DNA from: Diplonema japonicum
Taxonomy: Eukaryota; Protista; Euglenozoa: Diplonemea
Assembly: GCA_964019335.1 (NCBI GenBank)
Contig: OZ025722.1
Location: forward strand, 124,001 to 188,000
DNA length: 64,000 bases
Direction of reading: 5' to 3'
Positions 13,151 to 22,984 of this stretch are shown here, piece by piece (the stretch's first letter is position 1; each line of letters opens with the position of its first letter). The position numbers and the translations under genes were made by a program. Under the pieces are notes generated by a model. It was not told the DNA's origin, made no database searches, and saw nothing but the letters and a program-made list of their open reading frames with translations.

Positions 13151-13326
13151 GTCACATGCAGGCGACATGGTTGGAGCACTGAAGTAGGAGGGCCTCCACG
13201 AGTAATTTGTCACAAAAGTTAATACCTGAAATCAGAGGGTTCTGTCTGCAAATAATTCCGCCTCTCCAGGGCCGTCAGAGGCCTTTCAATTCACTGTGGG
13301 AGTGAGATCACGTACTTTATTCTGAA

Positions 13327-13363
<37 letters not shown>

Positions 13364-13868
13364 GGAAGGAAAAAAATATAAAAGAAAAGTGTAAAGTGCC
13401 AAAACAACGAGCAAAGCTTGTGGAATGAGAAACACCTGCACGGTCATGAGTACCCGGGCAACTGGGTGACACTTCCAACTGAAAAAAAAAAAACATTTAT
13501 GAAGCTATTTCACGCGCAGGCACCCTTCTAAAAAACTAGTAGCCATTTTTATGCAAAGCTCATCAATCGTGTGTGTGACTCTTTTGTCCTCATCCCGCTT
13601 GCAAACACGCAAGCTGCAATATGCCGTATTCTCTTTCATTATCCCTAAGTCGAAAAAGAAGTGCGGCTCTGGTAAAACTCTGCATTTCTTTACAGAGCTG
13701 TAAATTGCCCTCATCTCGTTGCGGCGAAGCCGTTGTCTTTCATAGGCGTCCTGCCACATACCGCAGGTACCCTTAAATGTCTCTTTTTTTTTTTTTTTTT
13801 TTTTTTTTTTCATATCTTGGAAATACAATACTAGGGGCTGCTACTGGACAGGATTCTAGGTGAAATGG

Positions 13869-13947
13869 TGAAATTAGGTGCAGGAGTGAAATAATGTTAC
13901 ATCGCTTCACGTTCCGAACATTATTTCTACTCCTGCACCTAATTTCA
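13869..13947. repeat. 30-bp near-perfect inverted repeat (hairpin), 18-nt loop
   Basis: tgaaattaggtgcaggagtgaaataatgtt (13869-13898) pairs with aacattatttctactcctgcacctaatttca (13917-13947) with a one-base bulge. Confidence 0.9.
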
Positions 13948-13983
13948 GGTAAACTGAGAGACATAAAGTAAATTTGAAGAAAA

Positions 13984-14224
13984 ACATCAGATGTGTTGTT
14001 CGCTGTTGACCTCCTCGTCGGTCATCACCGGTAGCGCCCGAGTGGAAGAACGTAACGCAGATGCTCAGGGTGACGAACAGGCAGCAAACTGCACGAGCGC
14101 AGAATCTTGGTTACCCGGGACGTCCCGGCTGGGGTTGAGCTGTACACCGCACGCATTAAGGACACGACGCGGAATGCAGAAGAAGCTACAACTCGGCCGC
14201 GGTGCGCCCCCTGTAATCAAGTAG
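13984..14224. repeat. Dispersed repeat A, copy 1
   Basis: acatcagatgtgttgttcgctgttgacctcctcgtcggtcatcacc...ctgtaatcaagtag recurs at 17019-17258 and partly at 36289-36371. Confidence 0.9.
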
Positions 14225-14270
14225 ACAGTTCTTGTGCAGGGCGCCACCAACACCGGCCTCCTTTAACTCA

Positions 14271-14325
<55 letters not shown>

Positions 14326-14464
14326 CATTTCCCACCCATCAACCCGGCTCGGGTTAAATAAGGACTAAAATCCATAGAATTGTTCGATGGCTGATTCCTA
14401 ATTCTTGTTTTGCTTTTTTGCTCAACTTTTATATTTTCCTTCAACGACAAGACCCCCAGGGCAA

Positions 14465-15763
14465 ATGGCCACACCAGAGCTGCCCGTTCTTGGAATCTGT
14501 CCATTGGATCTCGAGCATTCGTCCTATTTACACTGGAGCACAAGGGTGATTGTTAGGCAGGGCCGTATCTTCAAGAGGGAGTGCAAGGTGGAGTTTTTAA
14601 TCACCAACTCCTTAGTGATGGTGAGGGGTTTGTCGGGAAAGGATCTAAAGCGCCTGGCCAGAATAGCAGATATCAAGAAGATATCAAAGACCTCCAACGG
14701 AAGGCTGCTTGAGATACAGTTCTTTGAAGAGCTGCATGAGCCCGACCTAATGATGAAGATGATGGACCCTCCTCAGACCAGTGGGTGGAGTGTAGTGAAC
14801 ATCATCAAGCATCTCCGGAAGAAACTCCGAAACGGGGAAGAGTTGGAAGTAGGCCACCTTGCACTTGTGAAGCTGAACCCCATCGACAAGTACCCTGCCT
14901 CGTATGTCAAACCGATGGACAAAGTGATGAAAAGGTACTTATTGGAACCAGGCAGTGTGCGACCACCCAGAGATCTCTCAGCACCTTCAGAAGCGAAACT
15001 TGCCACTCCTTGTGATCCAGGCCACCTCTCAGGCAACTCAGTCCTCTTTGTTTGTGTTGATGTACAAGGGCAGAAGGAGAACCTTGAGGTCAATCTCCCT
15101 TTACCATGGCAACAGACTCTCTGGAGCTTGAAATTTTATCTGAAGCAAGTCATCGAGCGTCATGTTAATGCTGAAACAACCTCTGGAGATCCTTTCAAGC
15201 TGGACATAAGAAAAACCTTGATCTATCACGATGAGGCCCAAGCGTGGGGTGAGTTGAAAGACTTGTCGCAGCTTCATCACTACGGCCAGCTGTACCTGTT
15301 TCAGTATGGTGTGCAAGATGCCCAGATGGATCTGCCCGCCCCGAAGCCTGTTCGTGGATTTGATTTCAACACCCCCCCTTCGACCTGTGACGAGCGATGC
15401 GATGAGTTAACCCTCTTGGTCTGCGCCGACATTCGGAACCGGAAGGAGAACCTTGAGATACTAACCCCGCCTCGTTTTACTCTCCAGAGCTTGGAAATCC
15501 ATCTGAAGGAGGTTGTCGAGAGTGACGCCAATGCTGAACCCCACTCGGAGGTACCTCTCAAGCTGGACATAGCGGACATCTATATCTATGATGATGCAAC
15601 TCTATCGTGGGTTTTCTTAAAAGACCTGTCGCAGCTTCATGACTACGACCAGCTGTACCTGTTTCAGCATGGTGTGCAAGATGTCCAGACGGATCTGCCC
15701 ACTCCGAGGCCTGTTCGTGGAGCGTATTTTGCGGTGGAGAATGAAGCAACTTTGACAGCGTGA
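14465..15763 (+). CDS. BILBO1-NTD array copy 2: PH-like N-terminal domain plus two tandem BILBO1 ubiquitin-like N-terminal domains
   Basis: Two repeats of V-C-x-D-x-x-x-x-KENLE...IY(H/D)D...W..LKDLSQLH.Y.QLYLFQ.G.QD.Q.DLP.P, homologous to the N-terminus of 19662-20896. Confidence 0.85.
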   Translation: MATPELPVLGICPLDLEHSSYLHWSTRVIVRQGRIFKRECKVEFLITNSLVMVRGLSGKDLKRLARIADIKKISKTSNGRLLEIQFFEELHEPDLMMKMMDPPQTSGWSVVNIIKHLRKKLRNGEELEVGHLALVKLNPIDKYPASYVKPMDKVMKRYLLEPGSVRPPRDLSAPSEAKLATPCDPGHLSGNSVLFVCVDVQGQKENLEVNLPLPWQQTLWSLKFYLKQVIERHVNAETTSGDPFKLDIRKTLIYHDEAQAWGELKDLSQLHHYGQLYLFQYGVQDAQMDLPAPKPVRGFDFNTPPSTCDERCDELTLLVCADIRNRKENLEILTPPRFTLQSLEIHLKEVVESDANAEPHSEVPLKLDIADIYIYDDATLSWVFLKDLSQLHDYDQLYLFQHGVQDVQTDLPTPRPVRGAYFAVENEATLTA

Positions 15764-16619
15764 AGTACCTTTCAAAAAGAGAAGAAAAAAAAAACCTGTC
15801 GGAAAAGAAAGTTTTCCCCGCGGTATCGGTAATGAGCTGCCCTCTGAGGCCTATGTAACGGGGCCAGAAGGAAACTATTTTCTCTAGTTGGTGTTTAATT
15901 GCTTCTGTGGCCCCTCTCCCTATTTCAATTTCCAAGCTTTCTTTACCTCTCCACTTTTACTTTCTACGGGACCACAGGGGACTTGGGAGGCTTCGGGGCG
16001 AAGTTTCACAAGGGTGGCCGCTGTGTCACATACTGCATGGCACCACTAAAATCGAGACAACTATTTTGGGCTTTAAAACTCCATCACATGCTTCTCCCAT
16101 TGGCTGCTGAAAAAGGCGGTGAAGTAACAGCGATCAAATTAATTTTCTAAGTGACACACCAGCTTCCTGTTCTGTCCTGCTGCTGGAACGGAGGTGATTA
16201 TTCCCCCGATGATGGTAACACGGAACCTCAGCAGTGATAGTGGACTGGGAAAAAAAAAGTTTTTTTTTTCTTCTTCTTCAAACGTCTCGCCTTTCAAAAA
16301 AAAAACCTCCTCCATCCCTGTCGAAAAAGAAGTTGCCCCCAATCCCCGCCTCTATTTTCTTTTTGGGGGGCGGAGGTAACATGGATATATAAGAAGTACC
16401 AACCAAAGTAACACATGCCCCAGCACCTAGACATAGGAGGAGCATCTTGTGTATTGTGTTCTGGAACGGAGGTGACTAGTCCCCTGATGGTAAAAAGTCA
16501 TTTGTTTGTTGGTACTTTTTCTTTATTTTCCCTCCCTTCCTTCCTCTTTCGTTGCATGTGTCAACGACTTTTGTTTAAAAGTTTTTCTTCCCGCAAATAA
16601 AAAAAAAAGGGGGGAAGGA

Positions 16620-16946
16620 ATGGAAACTGCAATGGAAGAAGAACCCCCCCCGTCCTTGAAACTAGCAATGTCTCGAGCGTAGCTTTCACGAGGGTCAAGG
16701 TCAAGGAGCGAAAGCTTCTGGGTTTTCAGACGGAACGGGAGGCGGTGTTCTTGGTGTCGAGAACCTCAAGTGATGCTCTGCCTGGGCGGAATGGAAGTGG
16801 AATGTCTGGCCAGAATGGCAGACATCGAGAGATACCGTTCTTTGAAGAGCAGTGGACCCTCCTCAGACCAGTGGGTGGAGTGTAGTGAACATCATCAAGC
16901 ATCTCCGGAAGAAACTCCGAAACGGGGAAGAGTTGAAAGTAGGCCA
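16620..16946 (+). pseudogene. Degenerate 5' fragment of array copy 3 type
   Basis: ggaaactgcaatggaagaagaaccccc...agggtcaaggtcaag...tggaccctcctcagaccagtgggtggag...gtaggcca aligns to 17447-17834, with indels. Confidence 0.75.
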
Positions 16947-17018
16947 AGAAAAAAAAGAAGAAAAAAACGTTCTTCGTTTTTCTTAAGGTGGTGGGGATAA
17001 CATGGAAATATGTGAAGT

Positions 17019-17258
17019 ACATCAGATGTGTTGTTCGCTGTTGACCTCCTCGTCGGTCATCACCGGTAGCGCCCGAGTGGGAGAATGTTTTGCAGATGCT
17101 CAGGGTGACGAACAGGCAGCAAACTGCACGAGCGCAGAATCTTGGTTACCCGGGGCGCCCCGGCTAGGGTTGAGTTGTACACCACACGCATTAAGGACGC
17201 AACCCGGAACGCAGAAGAAGCTACAGCTCGGCCGGGAAGCACCCCTGTAATCAAGTAG
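17019..17258. repeat. Dispersed repeat A, copy 2
   Basis: High similarity to 13984-14224. Confidence 0.9.
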
Positions 17259-17456
17259 GCTGTGCCTTCAGTTGCTCGGTTTGGTACCCGGCAGTCTTTT
17301 GCAGAAACACACTTCACAAAGAAAAAAACAAAAAAAGGAAAAAAAAGGAATACAGCTAGCTATGGTGCAGTCATTGTTTTCTTTTTATAGTGACAATTGT
17401 GTTTTTTTTTGGGGTGCCTGTTTTGTAAATAATAAATAGGGGGGGTGGAAACTGCA

Positions 17457-19100
17457 ATGGAAGAGGAACCCCCAGTCCTTGATGATAAGTTAGGCAGAAG
17501 TAACGAAAAAATATACGTCAAAACAAGGGTCAAGGTCAAGCGGCGAAGGCTGGGGTTCCAAACTGAATGGGAGGCGGAGTTCATGGTGACCGGTACCTTC
17601 GTGATGCTCCAGAGCGGATTGATAGTAAAACGTCTGGCCAGAATAGCAGATATCAAGAAGATATCAAAGACCTCCAACGGAAGGCTGCTTGAGATACAGT
17701 TCTTTGAAGAGCTGCATGAGCCCGACCTAATGATGAAGATGATGGACCCTCCTCAGACCAGTGGGTGGAGTGTAGTGAACATCATCAAGCATCTCCGGAA
17801 GAAACTCCGAAACGGGGAAGAGTTGGAAGTAGGCTACCTTGCAGCCATGAAGCTGAAACCCGCCAAAAAATATCATGCTTCTTATTCTCCACCCGAAATT
17901 AAGATGGCCAGTTATTTACAGAATCGGGAATATGGCAGCGTAAGACCATTCCCAGAAAAGTTGCCTGAGCCTACGCCTGAGCTAGAGCCTGTGTCTTTGC
18001 CTCCTGAGCCTGTGCCTTTGCCTCCTGAGCCTGTGCCTTTGCCTCCTGGGCCTGTGCCTTGGCGGGCTTACACAGATATCTCCGACAAATGTGTTGAAGC
18101 AAACACCCCCCTGATTATCTGCGCACACAAGGAGTACCTCGAGGTTTCACCGCCCTTCACACTGACTTCTTTAGCAGACTTAAAAGCATACGTGAAGGCT
18201 GTACTAGATTGGGAGGCCATGAGAAAGGCCTCTGGTGATGTCCAGCGTTGCCAAACGATTGTAAACAGCTTACAGAGGTACGATGACGACACCGAGTCGT
18301 GGGCTGAGCTGGATGGCATGTTCTCCTTAGCAGCTTACACTTATATAAATGTGAGTGACAAAAGCAATGTGAGATTGTCGGATCTGGAAACCCCTGACAG
18401 AGACTACGATTACAGGGTGATGCCGGTGTGTGTGTATACTGCGACCATACAAAAGATTTCCGGGGAGATGGTGAACGTTCGCTGCCCGTTGCTGTTCTTG
18501 CCTACTACAGAGCAACTTGCGCACATCCTCTCGAGGGTTTTCGCAGAAGAACAGCTGGACACTGTCATTCCGGTGAGGCCCGAACATTTACTCACAGAAA
18601 GCAACAGCTTTGAGAAATGGAAGCCGTTGACGAACGAAGCAAACATCGCGTCCTTCAACAACCACATTTGCGTTGTCCCCCCTGGGTGTAACCGATCGCT
18701 TTTTGAGAATGATAGAAAAGACTTCAAAATCAAGGATGTTCCGATTCCATTTGTCGTATTCCTTTGTGCTTGGTCTTTGAACGGCCACGTGGTCAACTTT
18801 GAACTCGTTTTCCCCAATCCACCTGATACGTTGCGGAAATTCACCACTTGCGTCAAAAACGTTCTTGAAGCCGAAGAAATACCACATGAGGAGGTCGCCG
18901 AGGAGAGGATATTTGTCGACCAAGGGAGTGGTTGGGTCCCTGCGGAATCGATGACATCAATAAAGGAAGAGATCTACTGTGGGGACCAGGCCCTCGTCCT
19001 GTGCGGTCCTGGGTTTACTGGGTTTACTTCCGACGGCCTTCTCCCACCCTCTGTGATACCCGAGGCAAGACCTCCTGTTGGGTATGGTGCACGTCGATGA
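17457..19100 (+). CDS. BILBO1-NTD array copy 3: PH-like domain, PEPVPLP linker, about three highly diverged BILBO1-NTD-like domains
   Basis: Shares KRLARIADIKK...EELEVG with copies 1 and 2. Degenerate NTD motifs: YDDDTESWAEL, EKWKPL, and VFLCAWSLNGHVVNFELVFPNPP...IFVD...WVP. Confidence 0.75.
   Translation: MEEEPPVLDDKLGRSNEKIYVKTRVKVKRRRLGFQTEWEAEFMVTGTFVMLQSGLIVKRLARIADIKKISKTSNGRLLEIQFFEELHEPDLMMKMMDPPQTSGWSVVNIIKHLRKKLRNGEELEVGYLAAMKLKPAKKYHASYSPPEIKMASYLQNREYGSVRPFPEKLPEPTPELEPVSLPPEPVPLPPEPVPLPPGPVPWRAYTDISDKCVEANTPLIICAHKEYLEVSPPFTLTSLADLKAYVKAVLDWEAMRKASGDVQRCQTIVNSLQRYDDDTESWAELDGMFSLAAYTYINVSDKSNVRLSDLETPDRDYDYRVMPVCVYTATIQKISGEMVNVRCPLLFLPTTEQLAHILSRVFAEEQLDTVIPVRPEHLLTESNSFEKWKPLTNEANIASFNNHICVVPPGCNRSLFENDRKDFKIKDVPIPFVVFLCAWSLNGHVVNFELVFPNPPDTLRKFTTCVKNVLEAEEIPHEEVAEERIFVDQGSGWVPAESMTSIKEEIYCGDQALVLCGPGFTGFTSDGLLPPSVIPEARPPVGYGARR
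17985..18062 (+). repeat. 21-bp coding tandem repeat (EPVPLPP, about 3.7 units)
   Basis: gagcctgtg(t/c)ctttgcctcct repeated. Confidence 0.9.
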
Positions 19101-19229
19101 TAGGGCGGGACGAGGGGGGGAGAAAAAAACATTATTTTACCTCCACAAACCACTTAAATCGAGACAAAAAAAAATCTTTTTTTCCTTCTTTTTTCTTTAC
19201 GGTTCGAGGACAGGCGAAGGGGGGCGCCC

Positions 19230-19460
19230 ATGAACCGAATAAGTTCTTCATTTTGCGGGGTACTGGTAAAGTACTTGCTAAAGGGCGTCCTCTTCCTCGA
19301 GCGCGTCAACCCCCTGCTTCGCACCCTGCAACCGGCTCACCAGGGGACGTCTGGTACAACAAGTTCGTGCCGACCTACCCCGAACCTACCCGAAGAATCC
19401 CCACCCCATCTGCCGATAAAAAATGCAGCGACGACGCAGAAGGGTAACTACACAAGATAG
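19230..19460 (+). other. Possible small or frameshifted ORF
   Basis: Non-homopolymeric island. MNRISSSFCGVLVKYLLKGVLFLERVNPLL and, in another frame, GDVWYNKFVPTYPEP both look protein-like. Confidence 0.3.
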
Positions 19461-19661
19461 ACCCTCCACGCTGCACACTAAAGTGTTGCAACCAAAGCCC
19501 CATTTTTTTTCTTCTTGTTTTTCTTTTTTTTTTTTTTTGTGTGTTCCATTTTCTTTTAGTATTATTATTCACACACCCCCCCTTTTTTTCTTTTTCTTCC
19601 CAATTCATACACAGAGGGGGTGGGGGAGAGAGAGAAGAGGGGGAAATTAAAAAAAAAAAGA

Positions 19662-20896
19662 ATGTCTCTATTCACGGTCCTCGTCTGCGCTGACGTCTAC
19701 GGGTCGAAGGTGAATCTGGAGGTACCGTTTCCAAACGTCCCGACCATCAGCGAACTGACACACACAATCGAGAAGGTGTTCGAGCAAGAGGCGGCCTTCC
19801 TAAAGCCCCCTGGCTACCCCCCAACAGAGATTAAGGTGAGCAGGATACAAATCTATGACGACACGTATCTCAAGTGGATGGATTTGGTGAACAGCAGCCA
19901 AGTTCACGAATACGATCAGCTCTACGTCTTTCAACCCCAAAGCCCATGGCATGTCGATCTTCAAAAGGACCTCCCAGCCCCCCGCCCCCCCACGGCATCA
20001 ATGCCCCAAGGCCACAATTATATAAACCACGCAGTTCAAAACCCGGTTTCACCGTACAATCCTCCACCAGCACAGGTTGTCCATCAGCATCATGCTGGGT
20101 TCAATCAGAACACAGCGCCTCCTACATTTGCATCACCGCAGCATCAAGCTACAAGTAAACCATCGTACCTCCAGGATCAGCCTACAGGAGCGGCAGCGGC
20201 GGCAAGGGAAAGACCGAATGTCCCAAAAGACGTAAAAGTTCAAAACACGTTCAGGGAAATCGACACTCAACAGAAAGGCTGGATCGATGTCGCAGATTTC
20301 GAACGCGGCTTCAGATCGCGAGGGATAGACTTCTCCTCCGCCACCGTTCAGGAACTGTTCTCGAAGGGCGACACAAACAGAGACGGCAGGCTTGACTGGG
20401 CGGAATGGGGGATATGGACTGACCTCTACCCCAACACTCTCGAAGTTATGTACTACCGGGGTAGGGAGACACTTGACGACGAACAGCTTACTCGGGAGCG
20501 TAATCAGACACAGGAAGCCATCGACAGGAACCGGCAAAGGGAGGCCGACCTTCGTAGACAGATAGATGAGGTCAACCATGAGTACACCCAGCTTACTCAC
20601 CAATTGTCTGAGCACGACACTCGATCTCGTGAGTCTGCCAATCGGCGTAATTTGTTGGAGCAGCAAGAGCGCGACTTGTTAGAGCAGGAGATCAAATTAG
20701 AGAGGCAGAAGGACCAGCTCAGAGCTTCGCAGTACAGGTTCCAAGAGGTTGCGCAGACGTTCGATGGATCTGCTGTGGGCCAGGGGTCGCCTAGAAGGTT
20801 TGCGGGATGGGAAAAAAAAAAAAAAACAAACAAAAAAAAAAAAAAAAAAAAATACACCTCAGGGCAAAACAAGATCAAGTCCATCAGTTCCGTTAG
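19662..20896 (+). CDS. BILBO1-like cytoskeletal protein (ubiquitin-like NTD, two EF-hands, coiled coil); intron 20798-20862
   Basis: FTVLVCADVYGSKVNLEVPFPNVPTISELT...IYDD...KWMDL...DQLYVFQP...WH matches the trypanosomatid BILBO1 NTD. EF-hands DTQQKGWIDVADF and DTNRDGRLDWAEW. Splicing gives ...GSPRRAKQDQVHQFR*. Confidence 0.88.
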
Positions 20897-21376
20897 AAGA
20901 GAAAAAAAAAAAAGTGGCCCGTTTTTGAAACCAAAAATGGGTTTTTTGTATAAAAAAAAAAGAGAGAAATTAGGTTTTTTTTTATTTTATTTTTTTAGAT
21001 GTTTTCCCTTCCCCTCTCCTCTCCCCCCCCCCCCCCCCCCCCCCAGTTGTACTTTTTGAAATCGCTGTCTGTTGTTTTTTTTTATGTTCGCCTTTTCCTG
21101 CGCTCTTTTTCTTTCCCCCCCCCCCCCCCCCTGCGCAGTCACCTCTCATATCCATCCCCCTCCTCTCCCCCCTTCTTTCTTTGTTTCCTTGTTATTAATT
21201 TTTATTGGTTTTAAGTGGTCGAGGATTACCCCTTCCCATGTGACTCTGTCCAGCTTTAAATAAAAAAAGTGATATTTTGAGCGGCTGGACGACACTTTAC
21301 ACTTTTAGCTGGGCGGAGTCGCAGGGAAACATACTTCACAAAAAAAAAAAAAAATAAGGGGAGGGGGAAAAAAAAA

Positions 21377-21751
21377 ATGCACCAAGTGTATGTGTGTGCA
21401 GAACTTAACAAAAGAAAGTTGAACTTGGAGCTGATGTTCACTTGTGAGCCCAGCGCAGCGGAGTTCGTCTCTTATGTAGAGCGTGTCTTCCGCTATGAGC
21501 AGGGGCAGCACCAGGAGCTACAGGAGTGCGAACCTTTCAAGGTGCACCGAATTCACATCTTCGACAAGCCCCTAGGGGAATGGATGGAGTTGGTGACGAA
21601 CCGCTTCCCGGCCTTTACACAACTGTATGTTTTTCAACAGCAAGGCGGTGCGGCGCATCGGTGCGAGACCCAGCACGATATCCCGGTCCCACGGGCCTTG
21701 ACATTGAGCACAGAAATGCCAAGACGCCCCGAGATCGTGACTGGGAAGTGA
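21377..21751 (+). CDS. Stand-alone BILBO1 N-terminal-domain protein
   Basis: VYVCAELNKRKLNLELMF...IHIFDK...WMEL...QLYVFQ...ETQHDIP. Confidence 0.8.
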   Translation: MHQVYVCAELNKRKLNLELMFTCEPSAAEFVSYVERVFRYEQGQHQELQECEPFKVHRIHIFDKPLGEWMELVTNRFPAFTQLYVFQQQGGAAHRCETQHDIPVPRALTLSTEMPRRPEIVTGK

Positions 21752-22099
21752 TTCCTTCCCTCCCCCCCATCCAGGTTTGGTCGCTGCGTCAGCCGTTTCT
21801 GTTTGTTTCGTCTCTTTTTTTGTGTCTCCTGCAGGACTGACGACACGCCCCCACTTCGGCCTTCAGAGCCTCGATCTTCCCGTGCTTTACATATGTCGAG
21901 CTTGGCCCGCTGTGGCTCCTCTGATGCCTTCATTTGTGTTTTTTTTGTATGTTGATCTCGGCTGCTGAGCCCGCTCAGTTTTCAGCTGTTCAACGCCGAT
22001 TTTTTACCGCGGACCGTCGTCGGCGGCCTGTTGTGCTGCGGCAGCACGCACTGTTCTCCAGGAACCAAAAAAAAAAAAAAAAAAAAAAAAAAGAAACCC

Positions 22100-22878
22100 A
22101 TGGTTGTCGTGACTAAAAAACAACGCGCTTCGTGCAAAAAGCCGAAAAATGACACACAGATGCACACCCTGCCCGACGGGAAGATCATGGTGTCGGCAAA
22201 AGATGGGATCTTGAAAAAATGCGCGGACGGGGACGAGGAAGGTGTGAGAGAGGAGCTGGCGACGATGGATCTGAGCAAAATAGTAGACAAGCACCGAAGC
22301 ACGGCCGTACACTGGGCAGCTGGAGGAGGCTCTCTGGGGGTGATCAAAATTTTAGTGAACGAGTACGGCGAAGACGTCCTACTGGACATCAACAAAGACG
22401 GGAGGAACGCCCTCCACTGGGCAGCAAGGAACGGGCAGATACTTGTCATGGAATACCTCCTCCAAATGGGTGCAGACATCGACCAGCCAACAAAAACAGG
22501 AAACACCGCACTTCACTGGGCCATCTGGGGGTCGCAGCTCCCTGCCTGTAAATGGTTGATCTCCCAGGGAGCTGACATCCATATCGAAAACGCAACTCAA
22601 TGTACCGCTATACACTGGGCAGCCGCACGGGGGTCAATCACTGTCTGTGAGTACCTCCATTCCATAGGGTCAGATTTCACTATTATCAACTCCGCGGGAC
22701 ACGGGGCGGTGACGAAGGCGGCGTGGGAAGGCCACACCGAGCTTGTTCTTTGGTTCCTTACGGAACTCGGCCTGTCCGAACAGTTGAAACTGAAGGACAT
22801 CCACGGATGCACGACATCACAACTAGCAAGGAAGAACGGCCATGTCGATTTGGCAGATATGCTAGAAAAAAACTACTG

Positions 22879-22879
<1 letters not shown>
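22100..22879 (+). CDS. Ankyrin-repeat protein
   Basis: Repeated TA(V/L/I)HWAA..G motifs; ATG follows an A-run. Confidence 0.9.
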
Positions 22880-22912
<33 letters not shown>

Positions 22913-22984
22913 TTTCCCCAAAAAAAATTTTTTTTCAGTTTGCAAAAAAAAAAAAAAAGAAAAAAAAAAAAAAAAAAAAAAAAA

